A DNA stretch of 17,385 nucleotides from Candidatus Krumholzibacteriales bacterium (GCA_046483305.1 JAWODM010000017.1:1-17385); one strand, 5' to 3'; shown: positions 8,359 to 16,989, numbered from the stretch's first letter. Numbers and translations: made by a program. The notes: a model not told the origin generated them from the letters alone.

Positions 8359-9078
8359 GTGATTATTGAAATTCCCGGTGCTCGAGGAGAGGTAGAAAGC
8401 TCAGTTCCATGGCACAGCGGCCAGTCCGGCGTTCTGATCGACGGGTCCCTGCTTCTGGACCTGGGTGAGCCCGAATACCTGAAGAGAGGCCCGGATGCCG
8501 CGCTGATCACCCATCTTCACCCCGACCACCCATTCTTCCTCAGAGACGGCGAGGAACCAGATGCCGATATCCCTCTCTACGCACCCGAAGAACGCAGCGG
8601 GCCGGTTGAAGTTGAAAAGCTTCCGGAGGTTATCGATACAGGCAGGTATACTGTCAGGGCCATTCCCACTCATCACAGCCTGAAGGTAGAATCAGCCGCC
8701 CTCCTGGTCGAGGATGGATCACACAGGATATGCTATACCGGCGATATGATATGGATAAACAGGGAATATCATGAATACCTGGAGGGCCTGGACCTGGTAA
8801 TAACCGACGGCAGTTTCATCAGAAAAAAGGGGATGATAAGAAGAGACCGGAGTACCGGCAGGATTTACGGACATGCCGGGATACCGGATCTTATCAGGCT
8901 ATTTTCCGGATTCACCTCGCGGATCCGTTTTGTTCATTTCGGCAACTGGTTTTACCGTGACATTTCTGATGCGCGGGAGAAGATCAGAGAGCTCGGGAAA
9001 GAAAACGGGGTTGACTCCCGGGCTGTCCGGGATGGCCAGGAAATTAACCTGGATAACAAAAAGGACGGTTCCGGATAA
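8359..9078 (+). CDS. Metallo-beta-lactamase-fold metallohydrolase
   Basis: LLDLG, THLHPDH (HxHxDH), THHS, YTGD and C-terminal VHFG metal-ligand motifs; SD AAGGGGAG before the GTG. Confidence 0.88.
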   Translation: MIIEIPGARGEVESSVPWHSGQSGVLIDGSLLLDLGEPEYLKRGPDAALITHLHPDHPFFLRDGEEPDADIPLYAPEERSGPVEVEKLPEVIDTGRYTVRAIPTHHSLKVESAALLVEDGSHRICYTGDMIWINREYHEYLEGLDLVITDGSFIRKKGMIRRDRSTGRIYGHAGIPDLIRLFSGFTSRIRFVHFGNWFYRDISDAREKIRELGKENGVDSRAVRDGQEINLDNKKDGSG

Positions 9079-9136
9079 CCGCGCCCGGCGGCTATGGTAA
9101 AATTACGGCAAAATAATCCCGGGTCTGGCGATCTGC

Positions 9137-9331
9137 CTAATCGATTAATCGGATAGCCCCTGTAGGGCATTTCAGAGCGGTTTCCCTGACCTTATCTTCC
9201 AGATGGGGGGGGACCTCGCCACCAGGAGTAACCGCTTTTTTGCTTCCGGGCTCGAATCTGAAATACGAAGGGCACTCCCTCACACACACTCCTATGGTCT
9301 CGCACCTGACCGGGTCTATTTCTACTCTCAT
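9137..9331 (-). CDS. Small monocluster ferredoxin (64 aa; probably [3Fe-4S])
   Basis: MRVEIDPVRCETIGVCVRECPSYF...ALKCPTGAIRLID. The true start is the ATG at 9331 after GGAGG; the ORF-track extension to 9511 is not ferredoxin-like. Confidence 0.88.
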   Translation of the reverse strand: MRVEIDPVRCETIGVCVRECPSYFRFEPGSKKAVTPGGEVPPHLEDKVRETALKCPTGAIRLID

Positions 9332-9422
9332 TACGCCTCCCTGGCAAACCGGAGCAGCCAAGAGCTGCAAAGTATTCAATCGATCCGTTTCCGGCAATTT
9401 AAATCCGGACAATCTTCTTTCA

Positions 9423-9431
9423 ATTATAACA
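9423..9431 (-). promoter_or_regulatory. Putative extended -10 promoter of the ferredoxin gene
   Basis: TGT-TATAAT on the minus strand ~90 nt upstream of the ATG at 9331. Confidence 0.45.
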
Positions 9432-9539
9432 CTGAAGAGCTCATTAACGAACAGGTTTCGCATACCTTTCACTGTCCCGGCTGCACTCCCGCCTGAGAGC
9501 GGTCCATTCAAATTTCCATTGAGTATTTGCCGGCGCGGA

Positions 9540-10559
9540 TCATCCCTTTACCAGCGGTTTCCAGTCCGCTTTTTCCATATCCAGGCAGGACGCGAACCGC
9601 CGGGATATCTCCCAGGTTATCTCCTTCATTTCCCTGCTTTCTTCCAGGTCCAGGGGGACCGCCCCCCCGGCGAACTGCTCGTGACCGCCCGCCATGCTCT
9701 CGTCGGGAACCAGGGCTTTTATCACTTCTCCCGCATCCCCTTCCTTATGTGTGGTGCGCATGGAAAGGATCAGGTCATTACGGTAGCGCCCGGTGCAAAG
9801 CACCCAGGTGTGCCTCTCCAGCCTCAGAAGAAAATCGGCGAACTCCGCCACCATCTCGGGATAGGGAACATCCTCCAGGTGGGATACCATGATATGACGG
9901 TAAGTATAAGTATGCTTGAGCGCGTGAATCAGGTTCTGAAAATAGTTCCTGGGCAGTGTGGGATGAACTATCTTGGAAATATCTTTCATATTCGCCAGCG
10001 GAAACAGATCCAGGTAGGCCCTGATGTCTCTTTCGCCGGCCTTTCTCCCAAGGTCCTGAGTCTCGCTGCGTATCGCGTAAACCATGGCGGTCGCCAGTTT
10101 GGCCGGGATCCTGACTTCGATAAGCTCGAGGAGTTCATAAATCATAACCGCGGTGGCTCCCACGGAGGTGTCTATCCACACCCCTTCCCTTTTGCCCTCT
10201 CTCTTCACCGGGTGGTGATCTATAATCACCTGGCATGGCTTCTCCTCGTCCAGAGCCAGGTTCTTCTGGGTGGGCTGGGCGTCCACCATTGCGATACGGT
10301 CGTAAGCCGGAAGCTTGATCCGCCCCATCTTTTTCAGCGGGATATCCAGCACCTTTACCATGGTCCTGTTCTCCGCCCGGCCGATCAACCCTCCGTAGGC
10401 GATGGAAACATCCAGGGAGAAGCGCTGCTCCAGGTAGTATTTCAACCCCATCCCGCTGGCCAGGGCGTCCGGGTCGGGGAAGCTGTGAAGCGCTATCAGA
10501 CAGCTGGACTGCCCCTTGAAAATCGAATCAAGTTCACTTTTCAGTTTTTCTGCTGACAT
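9540..10559 (-). CDS. DHH-family phosphoesterase (NrnA-like, DHH + DHHA1)
   Basis: HSFPDPDALAS, MVDAQ, IIDHH, SMRT and AGGHEQFAGG motifs. Confidence 0.9.
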   Translation of the reverse strand: MSAEKLKSELDSIFKGQSSCLIALHSFPDPDALASGMGLKYYLEQRFSLDVSIAYGGLIGRAENRTMVKVLDIPLKKMGRIKLPAYDRIAMVDAQPTQKNLALDEEKPCQVIIDHHPVKREGKREGVWIDTSVGATAVMIYELLELIEVRIPAKLATAMVYAIRSETQDLGRKAGERDIRAYLDLFPLANMKDISKIVHPTLPRNYFQNLIHALKHTYTYRHIMVSHLEDVPYPEMVAEFADFLLRLERHTWVLCTGRYRNDLILSMRTTHKEGDAGEVIKALVPDESMAGGHEQFAGGAVPLDLEESREMKEITWEISRRFASCLDMEKADWKPLVKG

Positions 10560-10668
10560 GATAAGAAAAGAATATGAAATAAACGGCTTTCTTGCAATGA
10601 ATTAAAAACAGAATTCCTTAAACAGGTTTCATTAACCGCAGCCGCCACCCGCCACCGAACCTTTGTGA

Positions 10669-10697
10669 TTGACATGGAATCCAGTCTCATCTATAAT
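10669..10697 (+). promoter_or_regulatory. Consensus sigma70 promoter upstream of the CsgG-family gene
   Basis: Exact TTGACA (10669-10674), 17-nt spacer, TATAAT (10692-10697). Confidence 0.85.
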
Positions 10698-10770
10698 CCC
10701 TGCCTGGCAGCTTTAAGCTGAGGTATTTCTGCGGTCCGGGGCTGAGAAAGCCCGGAAAGGGGGTTACGCC

Positions 10771-11679
10771 ATGAAATTATTCACCAAATCTCTTCTGTTT
10801 TTCGTACTGGTGGCCACAGTATGTTCGGTCGCCGTGAAGGGGGAAGAGCCTGCGATAAAATTCCGGGTTATAGTCGGCGAGTTCGAGGATAAATCCCAGC
10901 ATTCCTGGTATCACGGCCCTCCGCCGGGTACCGGGATGGCCGATATGCTCATTACCGCCCTGATGAAATCGGGGAAATTCCGGGTATTCGAAAGGGCGGC
11001 CCTGAACGAGCTTCTGGACGAGAAGCAGCTGAGTATGTCAGACCTGGCAAATCCGGGCGCCAATGCCGAACAGAAGCTGGAGATAGGCGACATTCTGGTA
11101 AAGGCCACCATAACTGAGTTCGGTTACAAGGAGAGTAAGACAGGGGGCGCCCTGAGCGGGCTGGCCGGCAGAGCCGGGGTTGGAACCTATAACGGAAGGG
11201 TGGCGGTGGATATGCGTCTGATCGACATAGGTACCAGCGAAGTCCTCTGGGCCGACCAGGTCGCAAAGGAAGAGAAGTCCCGTTCGCTGAGCGTCTCCAC
11301 CAGCGAGTTCAGCTTCGGGGACCAGAAGAGATTCGACGACCACGTGGTCGGGAAAGCAACCAGGAAGGTCATAAACGAAGTGGTGGAAAAACTCAAGGAA
11401 CAGGTTCAGAACCGTCCCTGGCAGGGACTGCTGATTACCGCCGACGATCTGCTGTTCATAGACGGCGGCACAGAGTTGGGGATCAAGCCCGGGATGGTAT
11501 TCGAAATCAGGCGTAAGACCAAAGAGGTGAAGCATCCCAAGACCGGCAAGGTGCTCAAGGTTCTCTACGACAACATCGGAGTGGTAAAGGCCACTGAGGT
11601 GGAGGAGGGGATCACCACGGTCGAGGCGGTGGAAGGTAGCGGGTTTAAGACCGGCGACCGGGTCAGCCTGAGTAAATAA
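10771..11679 (+). CDS. CsgG/HfaB-family exported protein with C-terminal FlgT-C-like beta domain
   Basis: Signal peptide; GMADMLITALMKSGKFRVFERAALNELLDEKQL, ITEFG, VAVDMRLIDIGTSEV (CsgG family); C-terminal IDGGTELGIKPGMVFEI...HPKTGKVL...GDRV. Confidence 0.85.
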   Translation: MKLFTKSLLFFVLVATVCSVAVKGEEPAIKFRVIVGEFEDKSQHSWYHGPPPGTGMADMLITALMKSGKFRVFERAALNELLDEKQLSMSDLANPGANAEQKLEIGDILVKATITEFGYKESKTGGALSGLAGRAGVGTYNGRVAVDMRLIDIGTSEVLWADQVAKEEKSRSLSVSTSEFSFGDQKRFDDHVVGKATRKVINEVVEKLKEQVQNRPWQGLLITADDLLFIDGGTELGIKPGMVFEIRRKTKEVKHPKTGKVLKVLYDNIGVVKATEVEEGITTVEAVEGSGFKTGDRVSLSK

Positions 11680-11684
11680 ATCCG

Positions 11685-11707
11685 TCGGAAACGGCCTTCA
11701 TTTCCGA
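11685..11707. terminator. Hairpin between convergent genes (possible terminator)
   Basis: TCGGAAA-cggccttca-TTTCCGA 7-bp stem right after the CsgG-family stop; no clear U-tract. Confidence 0.35.
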
Positions 11708-11725
11708 ATAAGGCCGGCTATGGAG

Positions 11726-12913
11726 TTATACTGACGAACAGACCGGAGCGGCTGGTTTCACGCCCGGCGGGGAATCAGCCGCCGCCTTATCAGCGGCAGC
11801 GAGGCCGGCGGCCTCCAGGAACCTGCGCCTGAGGCCACCCTCGACCACCTGATGCGGGGTTATCTCCCAGTTGTCGTTACCCTCAATGAAAACCGGCCCG
11901 TCCGGGGAAATCGCCATATCCCACCCGATAGAATGCAGCCCGTACAGATAAGAATGAAGTTCCAGGGCCTCTTTCTTTGCCTGATCGAACATAGGCACCG
12001 TGAACTCGCCGAAGATCACCCCCGTGTCGGGATGCCTGTCCGCTCTTCCCCCGTATCCCGGCTTGAAATCGAAAATGGGACTGAGTTTTCCGGTTTCGAT
12101 ATCTATCCCTCCGGACAGCCCGCCCACCGCCCAGTTGTCCCTGGTGCTTCCGGAAGCGCCGGTTCTTATGGAAGCGGCAAACAGCTGCGGGGCCCCGCCG
12201 GTCATAACCGTCACCAGCCTGATGGTATTTATGGAGCAGGGGTAAAGACGCGACATTTCCGGGTGCTGCTCCACCCTCTCCTGAAGCAGGAAGGAGCCGG
12301 AAGTCATTCTCTGCAATTCTGATATATCAACAGCTCTCCCGTCGCACAAGAGAGAACCGGCCCCTCCGGTAAGATGGCAGACCCCATCGGCGCACTCTCC
12401 CAGCAGGGTCTTGCAGAAGTAATTTATATCTTCCAGGTTTTTCAGCCCCTCCAAACCTGTTTCGGTCTCTGTATCCAGCCAGTTGATCCTGCCGTTCATA
12501 CAGACCCCCGCCACTTTCGGGGTGGAGAACCCCAGGGACGAGAGGACCAGACTGAACACGAACTTGTCCTTCAGAATCACGGTATAGTCGGAGTAATATC
12601 CTCCTATTCCGGCGATCCGGTTACGCTGGTTCCTGATTTTCTTGAATCTGGTGTAAGGCATGTATTCACTATGGCCGGGCCCGTCAGCCCTGTCGAAGCC
12701 GTACAGCCAGTAAAACCTGTTTACCTCTCCGTGGCGAAGCAGCCAGAATATGTTCTCGAGAAGTATCCTCGGCCTGCTCTTGAGCTCCTCCCCGGGGTAG
12801 CGGGTTTTCGACCACACCGGGTCCCGGAACATTCTGATAACGGGAGCCAGCCCGGCTATCCTGGCCCATATCTTCCTGATAAGCCTGTTTATCTTTTTAA
12901 GGATGGTTACCAT
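11726..12913 (-). CDS. Sugar-transfer-associated ATP-grasp domain protein (ATPgrasp_ST-like)
   Basis: LKDKFVF, LLQERVEQHPEMSRLYPCSINTIRLVT, DNWAVGG, HPDTG..F....VP, IGWDMAISPDGPVFIEGN. Confidence 0.88.
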   Translation of the reverse strand: MVTILKKINRLIRKIWARIAGLAPVIRMFRDPVWSKTRYPGEELKSRPRILLENIFWLLRHGEVNRFYWLYGFDRADGPGHSEYMPYTRFKKIRNQRNRIAGIGGYYSDYTVILKDKFVFSLVLSSLGFSTPKVAGVCMNGRINWLDTETETGLEGLKNLEDINYFCKTLLGECADGVCHLTGGAGSLLCDGRAVDISELQRMTSGSFLLQERVEQHPEMSRLYPCSINTIRLVTVMTGGAPQLFAASIRTGASGSTRDNWAVGGLSGGIDIETGKLSPIFDFKPGYGGRADRHPDTGVIFGEFTVPMFDQAKKEALELHSYLYGLHSIGWDMAISPDGPVFIEGNDNWEITPHQVVEGGLRRRFLEAAGLAAADKAAADSPPGVKPAAPVCSSV

Positions 12914-13094
12914 TCACAATCCATACTTTTTAAACAATTGATCCGAATAATAATTCAACCTGCAGGATGCGCGCTGATTCTCAAATTGATTCATGAACTC
13001 CGGGCATTTTGCCCTCACCTTTATATATAAACACCTTTATAAGAATCAGTTCCGCAAAGGCCGATTATCAGACTGAAAAACAGTTTTTTAATCC

Positions 13095-15224
13095 TTATGT
13101 TTCGCAGCTGGGGGCAAATGCCGCCGGGTCATTTTCTGAATTCATATCTCTTCTTATAACCTGAACGAATGCGTCCACCACCCGGGAATCAAAATATGTC
13201 CCTGCCTTACTTCTTATCCACTCCACCGTCTCCACCCTGTCCATAGCCTTGCGGTACGGGCGGTCGGAGGTCATTGCGTCGTAGTAATCTGCCACCGAGA
13301 ATATCCGGGCGTAGAGTGAAATCTCCTCTCCTCTCAATCCTTCCGGATATCCGAGCCCGTCAAAACGCTCGTGGTGTTCCCTTATTATCGGTATTATCTT
13401 CCTGAATGCATTTATCGGTTCAACGATCCGGACCCCATAAGATACGTGTTTCTGTACTATCTCTCTCTCATCACCGGTGAGGCTTCCCGGTTTATCCAGT
13501 ATGTCGACCGGGATGGCAATCTTGCCTATATCGTGAAGAAGCCCTCCCTTTCTGAGGTCGCTGAGCTCGTCGGGCGAAAGCCCCAGTTTTCGGCCTATCC
13601 TGACCGCTATTTCTGTAACTCTTTCCGAATGCCCGGCAGTCCAGTGAGATTTTGCATCTATCGCCCTGGCCAGAGCTCTCAGGGTTCCGATATTAAGTTC
13701 CTCCAGCTGATTTACCAGCCTGGCATTGGAGAGAGCTACCCCCAGATGGCCTGTAACCTGGTTTATCTGATATATCTCGTCTTCCCTGTACTGGAAGGTT
13801 CTGTGGTGTCCCATCAATATCATACCGGAAAAACCTCCCTTGAGAAATACCGGGAATATGCTGACCTCCGGCACCCCCCTATCGGACATTACCGAAAGAT
13901 ATCCCGGCGAATCTCCCCCTGCCTCCTTCCTGAGATATACCGGATTCATGATAAGTTCTTCCTTCTCGGCATCGTTAATATTCACCTTTATCCGGGTGGG
14001 CTCATCAGCTTCCGGTTCTCCGGTGTATATAATTGCGGCATTGCTGTCATCCTGTTCAAACAACACCAGGTTAACCAGTTCGCAGGGAAAGATATTCGGA
14101 AATTCCTCGAGGACAGTTTTAATAACTATTTCGCTGTCAAGGGCCCCCAGGGCGGTCCTGGAAATCTCCGCTATGGATTTCAGTTTTGCGAACTGCTCCG
14201 CCAGGCGCTTGGTCATTAAATTAAAAGAATCTGCCAGTTCCTTGAATTCATCGTCGCTTTCCACATCAGCTCTGCAGGTGAAGTCGCCCTCGGCTATCCG
14301 CCGGGAACTGCGGTGAAGTATATTCAGCGGAACCAGAAACCTGCGGATCTGAACCAGGCTCAGAAGAATTACAATCAGCAGGGAGGAAAGTATCACCTGA
14401 AGGAATGTCTGGCTGAAATCAGCTACAGGGGCAAAGAAATCCTCCTCTCTTTCACCCAGCACTATGCTCCATTTATCCAGGTGAAAGGTCGGTTTCAGGA
14501 ATATATCCCATCGGTATCCCCGGTACTTCCGGCCATCCAGCTTGAATTTCAGATTTCCGCCCGATCGCCTCCCCTCCGCCGTCGCCTCCCGGATCGGAGG
14601 GAACCCCTTATTACCTGTTGAGCTGAGCAACAGCTTTCCCGAGGAATTCAAAACCCAGTAATCCGAACCGTCCGGCTTGATTTTGGAAAGCTTCTCCGAA
14701 AGAAAACCTGACGGATCGATCAATCCGGCAAGAATACCCAGCTCCGGGCGGCCGGTATCCAAAGCCCTGCACATATATACACGGGGCCTTCCCTCAACGC
14801 TTTCCAGAAGGAGGGTGGAGCCGCTGAAAACAAAATCTCTCTGCTCCTGACTGATTTGAGGAACCGGGCCTGATTTGCCAAATATCCCCTGGCTTTCTTC
14901 ATTATCTCCAATGATCCTGAGGGCATTCAGTCCGCAGTCTTTAAGTTCCCGTATCTCCTCACCGGAAGGCGGCGAACCCCCGGCTGTTTTTTCGAACACC
15001 TTTACCATCTCATCTTCTATACACAGAAGATTTTCCACCACCGCCATACCCATATTCTTGCTGTTTCTGTGAAGCCTTACCTCACCCTGCCTCTCCAGCG
15101 ACTGATTAACCTGGTGGAAGGTAATCCCCGCCAGCATGAGTACCGGGAAGATGGCGCAGATGATAAACAGAACGAGCAGTCGCCGCCACACCTTGCTGTA
15201 AATGAATTTCCTGTCCAGTATCAT
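13095..15224 (-). CDS. Membrane HD-GYP c-di-GMP phosphodiesterase (TM-periplasmic sensor-TM-HAMP-GAF-like-HD-GYP)
   Basis: Two hydrophobic segments flank a ~235-aa periplasmic region; HAMP (PL..L....RRIAEGDF...DEFKELADSFNLM); catalytic motifs TAGHSERV, LLHDIGK, HHERFDGLGYP, ADYYDAMTSDRPYR are intact. Confidence 0.92.
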   Translation of the reverse strand: MILDRKFIYSKVWRRLLVLFIICAIFPVLMLAGITFHQVNQSLERQGEVRLHRNSKNMGMAVVENLLCIEDEMVKVFEKTAGGSPPSGEEIRELKDCGLNALRIIGDNEESQGIFGKSGPVPQISQEQRDFVFSGSTLLLESVEGRPRVYMCRALDTGRPELGILAGLIDPSGFLSEKLSKIKPDGSDYWVLNSSGKLLLSSTGNKGFPPIREATAEGRRSGGNLKFKLDGRKYRGYRWDIFLKPTFHLDKWSIVLGEREEDFFAPVADFSQTFLQVILSSLLIVILLSLVQIRRFLVPLNILHRSSRRIAEGDFTCRADVESDDEFKELADSFNLMTKRLAEQFAKLKSIAEISRTALGALDSEIVIKTVLEEFPNIFPCELVNLVLFEQDDSNAAIIYTGEPEADEPTRIKVNINDAEKEELIMNPVYLRKEAGGDSPGYLSVMSDRGVPEVSIFPVFLKGGFSGMILMGHHRTFQYREDEIYQINQVTGHLGVALSNARLVNQLEELNIGTLRALARAIDAKSHWTAGHSERVTEIAVRIGRKLGLSPDELSDLRKGGLLHDIGKIAIPVDILDKPGSLTGDEREIVQKHVSYGVRIVEPINAFRKIIPIIREHHERFDGLGYPEGLRGEEISLYARIFSVADYYDAMTSDRPYRKAMDRVETVEWIRSKAGTYFDSRVVDAFVQVIRRDMNSENDPAAFAPSCET

Positions 15225-15239
15225 TATTTACCTGCCGGA

Positions 15240-15728
15240 TCAGTAGTTCGAAGCCAGACCTACGAATCCGCCGTCGTTGGCCCTGATTATGTCGTCATAG
15301 CTCTGGGGCGAGGTGATAGGCAGAGCAGTTTTTCCGTCCTTGCCGCAGCTGTAAAGGTCATACGAGGAATTCAGGGGCACCAGCCAGCGGTCTTTGCGCA
15401 TACTTCCAAGGTTGGATTCAGCCAGGCTGAGGTAACGGTAAGGGTTTCCCCAGGGGTCTTCCAGCCCGCCGCGGTTTATCTCATCAAGGTTCTTCGGCGT
15501 ACGTCCATTGATGACCTCGAATGAAAGGATATCCTTTTCCAGGGACCTGATATCTCCTATCGCCTGTGTTACCCTGGCATTATCGACAATCCTGCCGTAA
15601 TGGGGCACTCCCATGGTAACCAGTACCCCGGCGAGGGTTATCGCTATCATCAGCTCCAGGAGAGTGAATCCCCTGCGGCATCTCCATAAGGCTCCGCTGT
15701 AAACTGATGATTGACATTCTCTTCTCAA
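15240..15728 (-). CDS. Prepilin-type N-terminal cleavage/methylation protein (GspG-like pseudopilin)
   Basis: Class III signal RRG|FTLLELMIAITLAGVLVTMGVP with Glu at +5; DPWGNPYRY and YDLYSCGKDG motifs of GspG-like C-domains. The exact start codon is uncertain. Confidence 0.88.
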   Translation of the reverse strand: MRRECQSSVYSGALWRCRRGFTLLELMIAITLAGVLVTMGVPHYGRIVDNARVTQAIGDIRSLEKDILSFEVINGRTPKNLDEINRGGLEDPWGNPYRYLSLAESNLGSMRKDRWLVPLNSSYDLYSCGKDGKTALPITSPQSYDDIIRANDGGFVGLASNY

Positions 15729-15745
15729 ATCTTCTGCTCCATAGC

Positions 15746-16429
15746 TCAGGCCTGCTCCTGCAGGCCGGGTTCCTGTTCTTTCTCATGCCGGCTGTTTATG
15801 TCAGTTTTTCCTTCCATATTCGGGCGACTGCTGTCAGTAACGGCACCGGTATCAAACCGCCCGACCGCCTCCTTCATCTCCCGCAGGCTCTCCTGCAGAT
15901 GCAGCATACAGATTTCGATATCTTCCCCCGAAGACCTCCGGACCGCATCAACAAGATTGCCGTACCTGTTTTCGACCAGACTGCTTCCGCATTTTATCTC
16001 ATCTATACGGCTTCTCAGTGATTCCACCATCCGGGTCAGCAGCTCCGCTTCCCTCTGAAGGTAATCCTTCTTGCGGATACTGGTTCTGACGCAGAGATCT
16101 CCGTCCGCGATAGATTCAAATATAGTCCTGAATCTGAAAAGCGGCCCCGATATTCTGTGGGCATCTATGGCGAAATTAACTACGAACATTATAATTACTA
16201 TCGACATCACCGGAAGCACCCGGTTGTGAAAAGCGAGAATCTGATGGGCCACCCGCTGCCTGTCCTCGAAGGAGAGCGAATCGTCATCCATCTGCCGGGC
16301 CAGCGGGACAAAATAAACTGTAAAGAAGAAAAGGAAAAATATGAAAAGATACAGGATCTGAAGCGCCATCCGCCTGAGCTGATGCGGCTCCATCTTCAAT
16401 CTGGTCCTTCTGAAGTGTTTTTTGAACAT
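15746..16429 (-). CDS. Two-TM membrane protein with HAMP domain and short coiled-coil tail (no output domain)
   Basis: Basic N-terminus, two TM helices, HRISGPLFRF...IADGDL....IRKKDYLQREAELLTRMVESL HAMP pattern. The ATG directly follows the upstream TGA. Confidence 0.8.
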   Translation of the reverse strand: MFKKHFRRTRLKMEPHQLRRMALQILYLFIFFLFFFTVYFVPLARQMDDDSLSFEDRQRVAHQILAFHNRVLPVMSIVIIMFVVNFAIDAHRISGPLFRFRTIFESIADGDLCVRTSIRKKDYLQREAELLTRMVESLRSRIDEIKCGSSLVENRYGNLVDAVRRSSGEDIEICMLHLQESLREMKEAVGRFDTGAVTDSSRPNMEGKTDINSRHEKEQEPGLQEQA

Positions 16430-16795
16430 TCAGCTGTCCTTTCTGGTCCACTCAATCTGTTTCCGGCTCTTAAGCCTGATTACCCCGCCCCCGGAGCTTT
16501 CATAGTATAATTTCAGGGTGCCGTTCCGGTCAGCCCCGCCGGTGTAAAACAGAGTGTAAAGCTGGGACCCTTCTTCGCGGGAAAGTTCTATCTTTTTCAG
16601 GGAATTGACAGACACCCGGCCTTCACCGGGCACGAATGTTACAGAGTTCTTCTCAAGCTCGAGAAAACACCCTTTATACCTCGGATTATCGGTTTCCCAT
16701 CTTCCGATCAGCTTATCCGGCACCTCAGAGCTTCCACCGCCTCCCCCGCAGCCGACTAAAAAAATCAATAATAATGCTGCCGTTCTTGCTTTCAT
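16430..16795 (-). CDS. Putative lipoprotein
   Basis: MKARTAALLLIFLVG|C lipobox, Gly linker, 'LIGRWET' and a beta-rich body; SD AGGGGGTG; translationally coupled to the next gene. Confidence 0.75.
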   Translation of the reverse strand: MKARTAALLLIFLVGCGGGGGSSEVPDKLIGRWETDNPRYKGCFLELEKNSVTFVPGEGRVSVNSLKKIELSREEGSQLYTLFYTGGADRNGTLKLYYESSGGGVIRLKSRKQIEWTRKDS

Positions 16796-16870
16796 TTTGC
16801 AACACCCCCTGCATTTCTGCAGCAGTTCCCCAATAATCCACGCATATATTCAGCAAACTACATACCCGCA

Positions 16871-16879
16871 ATTATCACA
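16871..16879 (-). promoter_or_regulatory. Possible extended -10 promoter of the lipoprotein-HD-GYP operon
   Basis: TGT-GATAAT on the minus strand ~75 nt upstream of the ATG at 16795, with TTTGCC 16 nt further upstream. Confidence 0.35.
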
Positions 16880-16989
16880 CCAGAAAAGGGGGGGCAAATG
16901 TTAATTCGTCCCGCTTACCGGCCAGCCTGCCTTACCTGTTCAGGCAGGGATCTTCAACTCTCTCCACACAGCCATGTAACTGATGAAGC

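Noticed and set aside
9332..9511. N-terminal extension of the ferredoxin ORF
   Set aside because: A strong GGAGG SD precedes the ATG at 9331, and the extension contains a promoter-like motif.
9240..10556. 438-aa plus-strand ORF
   Set aside because: Antisense shadow of the DHH and ferredoxin genes; no motifs; expected in GC-rich coding DNA.
16820..16837. CAGCAGTTCCCCAATAAT as a left TIR for the first tandem unit
   Set aside because: Needs a gap and mismatches and lies in the lipoprotein 5' UTR; not distinguishable from chance.
16926..16948. CCTGCCT-N9-AGGCAGG small hairpin (REP-like)
   Set aside because: Single 7-bp stem with no second copy seen in the window.
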